This document shows positions 49,291-61,665 of a DNA stretch of 64,000 bases, piece after piece (positions within the stretch are counted from its first letter, which is position 1; each line of letters opens with the position of its first letter). A model generated the notes under the pieces. That model was not told the DNA's origin. It did not search any database and saw nothing but the letters and a program-made list of their open reading frames with translations. Where the stretch lies: contig NC_086107.1 of the NCBI RefSeq assembly GCF_963921235.1, positions 101,930,001-101,994,000 of the forward strand. The letters are read 5' to 3'. The DNA comes from Mobula hypostoma (Eukaryota). The translations under genes were made by a program, and so were the position numbers.

Positions 49291-52200
49291 TGCCCTCCAG
49301 CTCATCCTCTCAAATTCCTAATAGATGCTTTTTCCAAACTTACAAGCTTTTCAGTACAAAACATAATTGTCTCATGGACCCATTGATGGACAGAGTGCCT
49401 AGTGGTCCCCCATTGCTTTCCTCACAGTTCAAACAAATCATGGGCTTATGTGGAGAACTAGGACTTGTGGATGTCTTGAGGTTGTAACATCCCTCAGACA
49501 AAGACTTCACATTTTTTTCTAATCCACACTAGTGTTATTACCAGAATAGACTTTTTTCTAACCCCCAAAACGCTCCTAGATTTAGTTGTATCCTGCACAA
49601 TTAGAAATATCGCTATTTCTGACCATGCAGCAGTATATTTAAATATTAAACCCAAAGATAATTCAGCACGATCTAGACATTGGAGGCTGAAACCTTTTAT
49701 TCTAAAAGATAATAAATTTATAGACTACTTCCGAATTTAAAACTTTCCTATCTATTAATTCCAAATCAACTAGTATTCCATCGATGCTCTGGGAAACCGT
49801 TAAGGCCTATGCAAGGGGATTAATTATCTCCTCCTCTACTAGTAAGAAGCGACAGCAGCGCCTAGTGGAAGCAAGGCTTGCGGCAACTGAAAAGGATTAT
49901 ATTAATAAGCCTTCTGCAGCCAAGTTACAGAATATCATAGCCCTACGCTGTACACTAAACTCTTTACCTACCCAAGCAGCCAAAAGAAAATTAACATTTG
50001 CTAAACAACGATTGTTTGAACATGGTGAAAAACCAGGTAGGTATTTGGCTTATTTAGCTAGAAAGAAAAATGCCTCTCAGACTATTGCTTCAATTAGTTA
50101 TGGGACAGGAGCCCTCACTAGTAATTCTAAAATGATTAATGTTGTGTTTAAGAATCTTTATTCTAAATGGTATCAATCTGGGCAATGTAATGATGGACAA
50201 TCTAGGATGGAGTCCTTTTTCAGGAATTCAGATCTCCTAGGCATTTCTTCTGAACAAGAGTCCCTCCTCAATGCTTTGTTATCTATACATGAGATACTGG
50301 AAGCTGTGAGACAGCTCCAAAGTGGGAAGGCCCCTGGTCCTGATGGACTCACTAGTAAATTCTATAAAAAGTTCACAGGATTATTATCAGACCCTACGCT
50401 AAACATGTTCAATCATGCATTTAATTGTGGTCTCCCACTATCATTGAGAGAAGCTAATATCTCCCTAATTCTTAAAAAAGGAAAGAGCCTTGAAGACAGT
50501 GCCTCCTACAGGCCTTAAGGCATCCGTTAGTCTTACGAGACCATGGATATGCGCCTGGAAAGTCTTCACTCTCCAGGGCACAGGCCTGGGCAAGGATGTA
50601 TGGAAGACCGGCCGTTGCCCATGCTGCAAGTCTCCCCTCTCCACAACACCGATGTTGTCCAAGGGAAGGGCGAGGGCCGATACAGCTTGGCACCAGTGTC
50701 ATCGCAGAGCACTGTATGGTTAAGTGCCTTGCTCAAGGACACAACACGCTGCCTCAGCTGAGGCTCGAACTTACGACCTTCAGATCGCTAGCCTTAACCA
50801 CTTGGCCCACTGCCTACAGGCCTATTTCATTGTTAAATGTTGACTTTAAAATCTTATCTAAAGCCTTAGCGTTGCAATTAGAAACTGTTTTACCTTTTAT
50901 CATGAAAGAGGTTCAAGCGGGTTTTATAAAAGGCCGTAGATCATCTAACAATATCAGAAGATTACTTAATGTGATTCAGGCATGTCAGCAACAGGCAGTG
51001 GATGGCTTGGTGCTTTCCTCAGATGCAGAAAAGGCCTTTGGTCGTGTTGAATGGCCGTGTCTTTTTTTCACTTTAGAATGATTTGGTTTGGGCAATAATT
51101 TTATTAAGCAGGTGAAGGTTCTTTATAATGATCCTTTGGCTGTGAATCTCACTAATGGCATTAGGTTGGATAATTTTAGTATTCTGAGGGGCAGCCAGCA
51201 GGGCTGCCCTTTATCACCGTTACTTTTCACACTAGTGATTGAGCCATTGCCTGAGGCTACTCTGCGAGACCCCAAAATATCTGCTCCAGACATAGGACTA
51301 AAGTCACATAAAATAACATTGTATGCCGATGATGTCTTAATTTTCTTATCAAACCCTGCTATATCAGTGCACCACCTTATACAATGCATCAATTCATTTA
51401 GCGCCTTTTCAGGTTATAAAATAAACTTTACTAAATCAGAGGCAATGCCTCTGGGGAATCTGCAGCAGGTACCTGACACTCAGGGTGTTTTCCCCTTTAA
51501 ATGGTCACAGACAGGTTTTGTTTACTTAGGCATATTTATCACACCTACGTTTGATCAATTGTTCAAAGCTAACTTTACACAGTTATTTGACAAAATCAAA
51601 CAGGATCTTGAGCGATGGAGCACTCTTCCCATTTCTTGGCTTGGCTGAATATCCTTGCTCAAAATGAACATTCTTCCTCATCCGCTGTACCCAATACGAA
51701 TGATTCCAGTCATTTTACCCAACAAATAAATAAATGGCTGGTTTGTTTCTTTCATCTGGAACAAAAAAAGACCCTGTATTAAAATGTCTAAGTTGCAGCT
51801 TCCCAGTAGTCTAGGGGGTCTGGATTTTCCAGACATCAAAAAATATCAGTTAAGTTCCTTTTTATCTTATGTGGTTGACTGGGTTTGCAGGGACCCCTCC
51901 TCAATTTGGCTAGACATTGAAGCTTCACATGCAAAATGCCCTCTTATTAATTTGCTTTTCCTCAATAAGATGAAAGTAGTTAAGGAATATTGTCGCAATC
52001 CAATAACAATTAATACAGTCAGGACTTGGAGGGTGGTGCGACAAATTGACGGCAACGCAGCGAAAATATCACCCTGTACTCCAGTAACCGGCAGTCCAGA
52101 TTTTCAGCCTGGCATAGTGGATTCTGGATTTAAACTTTGGATTTCTAAGGGTATTTTCCATCTAGATTTGTTTGATGAAGGAACGATGATGTCTTTTAGT

Positions 52201-53129
52201 CAAATAGTACAGAAATTTTACATACCCAACAAGGATCTTTTTTGTTTCTTTCAGATAAGAGATTATATACAGAAAAAAACATCATTGTTAACTGATTTCT
52301 ATAGTTCTGACATAGAAAAGAGGGTGTTTGGTTCTAAGGGTGAAGTCTCCATTAGTACTTTTTACAACATCCTGAGGGAATGTTCTTGTGGAGAGGCCGA
52401 GCAGCTGGGAAAGGTCTGGGAGGAAGAGCTGGGAGTAGAAATTACAGCTGAAACACGGGAAGACATCTGTGATAATGCAAAGTAAATGTCAGTTTGTAAT
52501 AGAACTAAAGCACTGCAACTCAAAATTCTGCATAGAGCCCAGGTGACTCCTGATCGTCTCTCGAAATTTAAGACGGGGGTTTCTCCAATGTGTTCCAAAT
52601 GTGAAGTAAATACTGGAACTTCCACCCACTGTTTTTGGACTTGTCCCAAGCTTCAGACATACTGGAGTGATATTTTGGGTGAAATGGAAACGATTCTGAA
52701 GATGGAGCTTGAACTGGACCCAGTGTCTTTTCTCTTTGGCTTACCCAGCAGTCATATTATTAATGCACATCAGAAAAAACTTTTTAACATCCTGACTTTT
52801 TGTGTGAGGAAAAATATTTTACTTTGCTGGATATCCGATAAGGCCCCTGGACTTTTTGGTTGGCGTAAAGTAATCATGGAATACATTCATTTGGACTTTT
52901 TGACATGTATGATACACTCAAAAACAAATAGTTTTCATAAAACATGGCAACCATTTCTGCAGTATGTAGATGTAAACTTATCTGCTATACTAATAAGGGC
53001 TTTTGTATAAGATGTTGGGGTGATGTCTATATTTTGATGGAAGTGTTCTGATAGCTGATATCTGTGAGAGGAAGAAATGTAAATGTATCTGTAAACTGAA
53101 AGTCTTGTTATTTTTTTAGTTTAAAAAAT
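49291..53129 (+). mobile_element. L1-clade LINE, 5'-truncated ORF2 with stops and frameshifts
   Basis: RIDFFL and ISDHAAV (endonuclease), LWETVKAYARG, KAPGPDG, YRPISLLNVDFKILSK, QGCPLSPLLF, LYADD, C-terminal CSKC...HCFWTC. TSD tgagagac at 49283-49290 and 53130-53137. Confidence 0.93.
50516..50812 (-). mobile_element. Young tRNA-derived SINE with CORE-like domain, 11-bp TSD
   Basis: Minus strand: A-box-like TGGGCCAAGTGG, B-box GTTCGAGCC, CORE-like gttgtgtccttgagcaaggcacttaac. TSD cctacaggcct at 50505-50515 and 50813-50823. Confidence 0.88.
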
Positions 53130-53392
53130 TGAGAGACATACATAAGGTGGTAGTCAGAATCTTTTTCCCTGAGTAGAAATGTGAGATACCATAAAATTTA
53201 ACATGAGAAGGGCAAAGTTTAAGGCAAAGTTTCAAAGCCAGTATTTATACATTGTGGTAGACGCTTGGAATGAGCTGTCAGGAGAGGTGGTAGAACAGAG
53301 GTGATAGTAATGTTTTAAAGCCATTTAGATAGGCACATGAACAGGCAAGGAGTGGAGAAATACAAACCGTATACAGCAGATTGGTTTCAGTT

Positions 53393-54282
53393 TAGCAGAT
53401 CCTGCCCCTCAGAACCCCTTCTAGTAATTCTGCTACAGTTGTTCTTGTGCTCTTCTTAAATAAAGGCACAACATTAGCCATCTTCCAATCTTCCAGGACC
53501 TCACCCATGCCTAAATATAATGCAAATATCTCTACCCCTGTATTTTTCCCTAACTTCCCACAATGTCTTAGTATATACATCAGCCCCAGAGGATTTACCA
53601 CTTTAATATGCATTAAGACCACCAGCACCTACTTTGTTGTAACGTGGAAATGTTCCAATACATCACTATTCATTTCCCTTAATTGTTCGGCTTCCATGAC
53701 CTTCTCCATGGTAAATATAGAGTAGTATTCATTTAAGGTCCATCCCATTTTCCTTGGTTCCACACATAGAATACCATCCTGATCCTTCTATGGATCTACT
53801 CTCAACCTACCTACCCTTTTACTCTTAATATACTTAGCAGAATCTTAGGATTCTTCTTTATCATATTTGCCAATGCTATCTCATGTATTTTTGCTGTCCT
53901 GATGCCCTCTTATTTACTTATGCATCTCTAATACTTAAGGGTTCTGCATGATCCCACCTGCCTATACCTGACATACTGTTTACCTCTTTTTTTTCCCTGA
54001 GCGTACCTCAATATCCCTCGTAATCCAGAGTTCCCTAACTTTGCCAGCCTTGTCCTTCATGCTAACAGGAATGTACTGTTCCTGAACTCTCCCTATATCA
54101 TTCTTAAAAGTCTCCCACTTTATGAGTTTAATCTGTGGACCAGACCCACCTTTTTCCATAACTGTTTTAAAACTAATAGAATTATGATCACTGGTTCCAA
54201 AGGGCACGACAGTCACTTGCCCACCCTCATTCCCAATAGGAAGTCCAGTGTTGCCTGTCTCAAGTAGGGCCATTATATAATG
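53393..54282 (-). mobile_element. Degenerate CR1 fragment
   Basis: FGTSDHNSISF; GEVLEDWKMANVVPLFKK. Confidence 0.8.
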
Positions 54283-54284
54283 TT

Positions 54285-55045
54285 TGAGAAAACCTTACAG
54301 AATAATTTTGATGATATCAGAAAGGATCTGGCATGTGTGGATTGGGACAGGTTTTTTCTGGCTAAAGTGTACTTGTAAGTGTGAGGCCTTCAAAAGGGAA
54401 ATTTTGAGAGTACAAAGTTTGTATGTTCCTGTCAGAATAAAAGGCAAGGTTAACAGGTTTAGGGACATTGGGTTTTGAGATATATTGACACCCTGGTTAA
54501 GAAGAAGAAAAAGGTGCATACCAGGTATAGGCAGCAAGGAACAAATGAGTTACTTGAGTATAAGAAATGCAAGAGAACACTTAAGAAGAAAATCAGGAGG
54601 GCTCAAAGAAGGCATGAGGTTGTTCTAACAGACAAGGTGAAGGCGACTCTCTGGGCTTCTACAGATTTACAAAGGTATTGCCAGGACTTAACAACCTGAA
54701 TTATAGGGAAAGGTTGAAGTAGATTAAGATTTTATTCCCTAATGCTTATGGGTACGAGGAGGGATTTGATAGAGGTATAGAAAATTATGAGAGATGTAGA
54801 CAGGATAAATGCAAGCAGGCTTTTTTCCACTGAGTTTAGGTGAGACTAGAACTAGAAGTCATGGGTTAAGGATGGAAGGTTAAATATTTAGGAGAAACAT
54901 GAAGGGAACTTCTTCTTCAGAGGGTGGTGAGAGTGTGGAATGAGCTGCCAGTGGAAGTGGTAGATGCAGGTTTGATTTCAACATTTAAGAGAAATTTGGA
55001 TAGGTACATGGATGAGAGGGGTGTGGAGTGCTATGGTCCTGGTGC
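54285..55045 (+). mobile_element. Internally deleted CR1, related to the 2407-4745 copy
   Basis: EAFKREILRVQSLYVPVRIKGKVNR joined directly to the 3' end. Confidence 0.82.
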
Positions 55046-55061
55046 AAAATGGGACTGGGAG

Positions 55062-56180
55062 GAATTTTTTTTTTCTTCAAAATAAATTTTATTCATAAAA
55101 AATGTAGCCCCCCCCGGCCAGCCTCAGGGTCGCACGGCTCGCTGTCGTCTAGGGAAACAGCCCTCGGCCCCGCCAAACTGGGTAATTAGTTTGTATGGAT
55201 GCTGTGTGATGTACCCCACCCCGCCCAAATAACAGACAATACACCAGATACGATTAAATGATTTACAGTTTATAGATATTACTGGAACTATATAATTAAT
55301 AGAGAATAAAATATAAAAGGAAAATAAAAGGCGCCACACTTATCAAAGTTCAATCTCTTCGTGCACAAACAGTTGGAGCTCAGGACCCTTCTTTTTCACC
55401 CTGCGACTCCTCGGACCACCTCGTTCGGCCGCCTGGGACTAACAGTGGTGGTCGACCAGACGCTCCACACGAGTCCGTCTCCGTCTCCTCTCCTCGCCGA
55501 ACGCCCCGCTCGGGGTCCCCACCCCTTTAGCGGACTCACAGCACCTGGTCCATCCTCTGTCTCCCTCTCCCGCCTTCTGCCCCAAAACCCCACGCATACA
55601 GTATCTTACAGATACACCAAAAACATAACAACTATCCCAATCAGTTCATAACACCTTCTTATCAGTAACGTGATTGAACAAACTGCTAGTGGGAGGGCTT
55701 TCTCAGCATTTAACATAACAAGGAAGCATTCCCAAGTATAACATAACAAAGAAGCCATTTTAATTAGCCTACACAGTAACATAAGAGACGAAACCCCCTT
55801 ACAAAAATATGTACAAGAATAAACTATGTACTGACTTTTTATTCTTTGCGTTCATAGTCAATACTCTCTGTACTGTTCTATTAAATTCCTACACATCAAT
55901 AACCCATGTGACCACCTGGGATGCTGTAATAATTAAGGTGCTTCCTCACCCAACCAGCCTGCCCCTTTGCAGTAGCAGAAGAATCCTGTCCTATGGTCCT
56001 TCCCCACTGAGCTCTTGTGGTTGCACCAAGCTTCAGTGCGTCCCTTAGCACATACTCCTGCAACCTGGAATATGCCAGTCAGCAGCATTCTTGATATGCT
56101 GGCAGGCCAACAATTTTCAGGCAAACCAAGGGGCATCTTTCACCGAATCAGTGATGATAATATCAATTAATACCAGAGTT
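55062..56180 (-). mobile_element. Tx1-type LINE 3' fragment, split by a solo LTR
   Basis: Minus strand ECC*LAYSRLQEYVLRDALKLGA...QWGRT; AATAAA and poly(A) on the minus strand at ~55060-55095. Confidence 0.65.
55103..55803. mobile_element. Solo LTR (~701 bp), probably Gypsy-type
   Basis: Begins TGTA and ends TACA, 4-bp TSD aaaa, CpG-rich against an AT-rich background, no internal ORF. The host sequence reads through when it is removed. Confidence 0.78.
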
Positions 56181-56476
56181 AGGTTGTTAAACACTCTCAT
56201 CCTGAAGATGAATTATCAATTATCATTGCGACCCATTTCATTTCCATATGTCTTACCTTATATATTGACTGTTTATTGAGCTTGCTTAAAATATCAAGAC
56301 ATTTTAACTTCGTATGACATTGGGTTCAGGTCCTAGACATTGACTATTAACCTCACTTCTGGCAACCTCCTCTGAAGGGCACCACAGTAGTGAAGCAGTC
56401 AGTGCAACACTATTACAGCTTGGGCCATTCTGGAGTTCTTGAACAACTTTTATAATAATATGTCTCTCACCATCAG

Positions 56477-56567
56477 GGTGTTGTGTACTACGTTCGTGTT
56501 TCAGCTTACAACATGAAAGGCTGGGGACCACCAAAGCTATCTTCGCCCCCCTGTGCCTCTCCTTCCA
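56477..56567 (+). CDS. ANKFN1: ANKFN1-like exon F, end of FN3 domain
   Basis: cag acceptor, gtaagt donor, phase 0 to 1. GVVYYVRVSAYNMKGWGPPKLSSPPCASPS (FN3 Y-x-V-x-V-x-A-x-N-x-x-G-W-G). Confidence 0.93.
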
Positions 56568-56749
56568 GTAAGTGATGAAGCTTATTGTTGCTTTACATCG
56601 AACTCACATTTACACTATATACCACCATGCTTGACCTATGCCTGATTAACAGTCAATGAAGTGTCTTTGAAGTCCAGTAATGGTACTGTAGGATGTGCTG
56701 CAGCCAGTTTATATGAGGGCACTCCTATACACAAAGCTTTGATAATTGT

Positions 56750-56882
56750 TGAAAAACAAAAAACTGCAGAGGCCAGAAATTGGAAATAAAATCAGAGACT
56801 GAGACAGTACGCTGGTCAAGTCTGTAGAAAGAAGGACAGACATAAAGTTTCAGATCAATGGCTTTTCATCAGAACTAGGAAA
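56750..56882 (-). mobile_element. Old PLE terminal fragment with hammerhead-like core
   Basis: Minus strand CTGATGA-AAAGCCATTGATCT-GAAAC. Confidence 0.55.
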
Positions 56883-56914
56883 CATACTTATTATTGATTA
56901 ATATTCTTAATGTT

Positions 56915-57200
56915 AAATGGGGCAAATGTTAAGCAGGACACTAGTGATAATTCCCTGCTCTCCTTCAAGACAAGACCCGTCTTTTGCATTTAAATGGCTG
57001 CGAAACAGACAGGATTACATTAGAAAAAGGGCACATCTGCTCTCATCTGAAAAGCAGCTCCTTAGACAATGTAGGACTCCCCCAGTACTGTTGTGGAGTG
57101 TCAAATGAGACAATATTGCTGAAGTCTCTACAGCAGGTCTTGAACCAAAAGCCCTCTGCATCAACACTGAAAGAACTCCTAACTAGGCCACAACATTGCA
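56915..57200 (-). mobile_element. DeuSINE-like SINE
   Basis: ctcatctgaaaagcagctccttagacaatgtaggactcccccagtactg...ggagtgtca...cttgaacc. Confidence 0.5.
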
Positions 57201-57779
57201 TGTGATATTACTTTGAACTGCTTGGTCATTAAGGTAACAGCAGCAGAAATGCAGATCATTTGGTCTTACAAAGCCACCTAGCCATGCTAGATAGAACCAA
57301 GATCATAAGGAGAAATGGTAAAGGGATATATAATGTAATACCACCTGAAATAAAATTATTATTCTGCTTTTTAAAATTATATATCTTGCTTTCTCTTGCC
57401 TCATTTCCTAAAGATTCAAAAGCTTAAACCTATTTTCATTCAGATCATTTGACTAAAGTCATTTTTTACCAAACCACATCCAAGTTGTTTGGCATAACTT
57501 CGGAAGTTTGGCTGGGCACTTTCTGGTAAGACTATCCTTGTTCCCAGGTACAGTTTCCACACCATGTATATGTTGGATGATATCATTCCTCGATGTCCTG
57601 GTAATCCCAAAATAACCTGGTGTTGTCAGTCCGACACCGGGATATCTGCTGGGAAGTGAATTATTTTCCCTCATCTTTTACTCCACCATTGCCCCTCCAC
57701 TGTAGAAACTAAGAGGCTTTGTTACCTTGGTAATTTGTGAATACTAAGCAACAATGTCTGTCCTCTGATCCCTGTGTAG

Positions 57780-57887
57780 GTTGGAAAGAGTCCTCAGATA
57801 TTAAGCTGAGGCACAAGGACCAAAGCCAAGCAGTGCTGCAGCTTCTGGAGAGAGTTAAGGGTCCTTGTCATCGGAGCTTTTTCGTGG
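57780..57887 (+). CDS. ANKFN1: ANKFN1-like exon G
   Basis: tag acceptor, gtgagt donor, phase 1 to 1. (S)WKESSDIKLRHKDQSQAVLQLLERVKGPCHRSFFV. Confidence 0.88.
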
Positions 57888-58559
57888 GTGAGTTCAGTCA
57901 ATGTCCTGAACTATTTCCATATTCACAGCCCAACCCATCAGTTTAGTGCACTGGTAACCAGGCTGGAGGTAGTAGCATGGATGTGACATTCACACATAGT
58001 AAAAACCTTGAGATCTTTCAACAGTTTAATATTTGGGCAGTTTTCCATCCTGCAAATATATGCAGTAGTATATTTTACTGAGTAGCTATCACAAGCAGAG
58101 CCTGAGTTCCTCACCTCTAATCTGTACTAGTTAATTTGACCAGGCCAGAAACTGGAAAGCTACAACTGGTACCCAATGATTAAGTGAGGACTCCAAGTTG
58201 GTAAGAACTTCCCGAAACAGTGCACTAGCACCTGCACCCGTCTGTGAAGAATGGCTCAGGATTTTGTTCATCCCCTAGCAGAAACGTATAGGGACTCTCT
58301 GTTTAGCAGAAAGATACCAAAACTGAAAGATTGTAGGCAATGCTTAATGTGGCAGTGCCGTTAGAAAAAGAGAAGTCTGAGGATGACCTAGTAGAAGCCT
58401 TTAAAATTATGAAAGGGTTTGTGTGTGAATGTGGTGCAGATACTCTGTGTGTGGAAAGGTGTGTTAATTTGGATATGTATTGTAGGTCAATGTAAGCTTG
58501 TTCAAAGTGTACTGTTGCATGCTGGTGAAACAATCAAAGGGAAACAGGGATGTGGTAAA

Positions 58560-60190
58560 TTAGAAGTATGGGAGAGTTACAGAGGATAGAAGCCCATAGA
58601 AGTGCCTGAGGCTTTGGGTGTCATTCTGTGGGGTTTATGTATCACTATTACAGTGAAGTAAAGGAAACTACAGAGGGAGAGAGGAGTTGGCTGAAGTTGT
58701 TTGGAAGGGGACACTTACAGCGATGATGGTAGAAGAGCAATAGCTAAAGTTTCTGAGAGCAATTCAGAAAGTGCAGGATTGATACATCCCAAAGAAGTAT
58801 TCGAAATGGAGGATGAAGCAACCATGGCTGACAAGAAAAGTCAAAGACAACATAAAAGCAAAAGAGAGGACATATAATAAGCAAAAATTAGTGGGAAGTT
58901 AGAGGATTGAGAAGCTTTTAAAAACCAACAGGAGGAAACTAAAAGATCCATAAGGTGAGAAAAGATTAAATATGAAGATAAGCTAACCAGTAATATATAA
59001 GTTTCTTTGGATATACAAAGAATAAAAGAAAGGTCAGAGTGGATATTAAACCACTAGAAAATGACTCTGGAGAGGTAATACTGGGAAACAGAAATAGTGG
59101 ACGAACATGATAAGTATTTTGCATCAGCCTTCACTGTGGAAGACACCAGCAGCATACCAGAAATTTGAGTGTGTCGGGGTAGAAGTAAGTATTGTTGCTT
59201 TTACCAGGAGAGGGTGCTTGGGAAGCTGAAAGGTCTGAAGGTAGATAAGTCACCTAGAGCAGATGGACTACACCCCGCGTTCTGAAAGAGGTATCTGAAG
59301 AGACTGTGGAGGTTTCAGTCGTGATCTTTCAAGAATCACTAGATTCTAAAATGGTTCTGGAGGACTGGAAAATTGCAAATGTCACTCTATTCTTTAAGGT
59401 GGGGGGCAAAAGACAGTAAATCATAGAGCAGTTAGCCTGACTTTAGTGGTTGGGAAAATGTTGGAGTCCATTATTGAGGTTGATGATTCGGGATAATTTG
59501 AGGCATATGATAAAATAGGCCAAAGTCAGCACAGTTTCCTTAAGAGGTAATTTTGTCTGACAAATCTTTTGGAATTCTTTGAGGAAATAACAACCAGGAT
59601 AGACAAAGGAGAGTCAGTGGTTGTTGTTTACTTGGGTCTTCAGAAGGCCTTTGACAAGGTGCTGCAGGTGAGGCTGCCAAACAACATAAGAGCTCATGGT
59701 ATTACAGGAAAGATACCAGATGGATAGAAAATTGACTGACTGGCAGAAAGCTAAGAGTGAGAAAAAGGGGGCCTTTTCTGGTTGGCTGCCAGTGATTAGT
59801 GGTGTGCTGCAGAGGTCAGTGTTGGGACCACTTCTTTTCACATTCTATGATTTGTATGACAGGATTGAAGGCTTTGTGGTCAAGTTTACGGACGTTACAA
59901 AGATAGGTAGGGGAGTAGATATTGTTAGGGAAGCAGAGAGTCTGCAGAAGAATTTGGACAGATTAGGAGAACGGACAAAGAAGTGTCAAATGCAATATAA
60001 TGTAGGGAAGTGTGTGGAATCCAGGGAAAGCTGGCTAATTGGATACACAATTGGCTTGATAGAAAGCAGAGGGTGATGGTGGAAGGTTGCTTCTTGGACT
60101 TGAGGCTTGTGACTAGTAGTGTGTCTCAGGGGCTCAGGAACCTATTGTTGTTTGTTATCTATATCAACAATTTGGATAAGAACGTACAAG
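58560..60190 (+). mobile_element. Degenerate CR1 fragments
   Basis: Same type as 39452-42061 (SGVLQRSVLGPLLF, VKFTD) plus a second RT piece at ~60010-60190. Confidence 0.85.
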
Positions 60191-60597
60191 ATTCAAGATT
60201 TAAGATTGTTTAATGTCATTTCCTGTACACAAGTGTAAATGAGAACAAAATAATTGTTACTCCAGATCTGATGCAGCACCCAAAAAAAACACAATTAGAT
60301 AAAGAACACAATAAATATAAATACATAAGATAGCTTATATACATAGGTTGATTGTATGTCCATAAAATGACGCTAGGCACAGGAGTGTCTGTACATAAGG
60401 TGGCTGACAGGAAATGATGAAGTAGTGGTGGTGGGGGGGGTGTGGAGGGGTGGGTTAGTGGGTGGAGGTGTTGATCAGCCTTACTTCTTGGGCAAAGTAA
60501 CTGTTTTGAATCTGGTGATCCTGGCGCATATGCTTTGTAGTCTCCTCCCTGATGGGACCGGGTAAACAATCCATGAGAAGGATGGGTAGGATTCACT
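60191..60597 (-). mobile_element. Rex1-like 3' end
   Basis: Minus strand NPTHPSHGLF... and 3' UTR ending aaacaatcttaaatcttgaatc. Confidence 0.7.
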
Positions 60598-61665
60598 CGG
60601 CAGAAGACAAGTAGTACTGTGTTTGACTACAGACTGCTGCAGCATTACAGATTCTGGGTCTTGGACTATATTTTTTTGTATAACTATATTTTACTGATAT
60701 ATGTGCTTGCTACTTCATATGTTCTATATGTGACTTGTGCTGTGTATTACTGTCTTTTGCATGTTGGCCCCGGAGTAATGCTCTTTCATTTGGCTGTATC
60801 CATGGGTATTCGTGTATGGTTGAATGACAATTAAACTTGAATTTGAAAGAGAAATTGAGTTAATCTTTTAACCTAAGGAAGACTAGGAAGGAGTCAAAGG
60901 AAGTTTGATAAGCTGCAAAGAGTCTTGGCAAAGGGTGATTACCTCTGATAAAGTAAAACCAGGGTGACAAATTGGAATAAGCTGTAAATGAGGTTATCTG
61001 TGCTTTTATTTTGTTTTCACTTTTGATATTGATATTGGAATTGGTTTATTATTGCCACATGTAGCAAGGTGCAGTGAAAATCTTGTCTTGTGTACTGTTC
61101 ATACAGATCAAATCGTTACACTGTGCAGTGAGCTAGCAATAACAATGCAGAATAAAATGTAAAAGCTACCAAAAAAAGTGTAGTGCAGGTAAACAGTAAA
61201 GTGCAAGATCGTAACAAGGTAGATTATGAGGTCAAGAATCCACCGTATCGTACAAGAGGTCCATTCAAGAGTCTGATAACTTTTGGATAGAAGCTGTCTC
61301 TGAGCCTAGTGGCAGGTGCTTTCAGGCTTCTGTATCTTCTACCTGATGGGAGAGAAGGGATTAGGGAATGTCCAGGGTGGGTGGGGTTTTTGATGATGCT
61401 GGTTACTTTACTGAGGCAGCAGGAATCCGTGGAGTCAGTAGAGGGAAAGCTGTCGTACTGAATTTCTTGTTGTCATGTACAGAGCAGTTCCAATACCAAG
61501 TAATTATGCATCAGACAGAATGCTTTCTATGTTGCATCAATAAAAATTGGTAAGGGTTGATGGGAATATACCAAATATCTTTAACTACCTGTGGAAGCAG
61601 AGGCATTGGTGAGCTTTCTTGGCTATAACATCAATGTGGTTGGATCAGGGTAGGCTCTTGGTGAT

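Larger units (their letters stand above)
48100..53392 (+). mobile_element. Degenerate CR1 split by an L1 (pieces ~48100-49290 and 53130-53392)
   Basis: ggataagtccccaag, gtcagcatggg, tttgcaaatgac; ...aaaattatgagagac resumes as atacataaggtggtagtcag. Confidence 0.72.

Noticed and set aside
50750..50812. tRNA gene
   Set aside because: Only A/B-box remnants with no complete cloverleaf; it is a SINE head bounded by TSDs.
50596..51081. 161-aa ORF with a unique N-terminus
   Set aside because: Antisense SINE sequence reading into the L1 RT frame.
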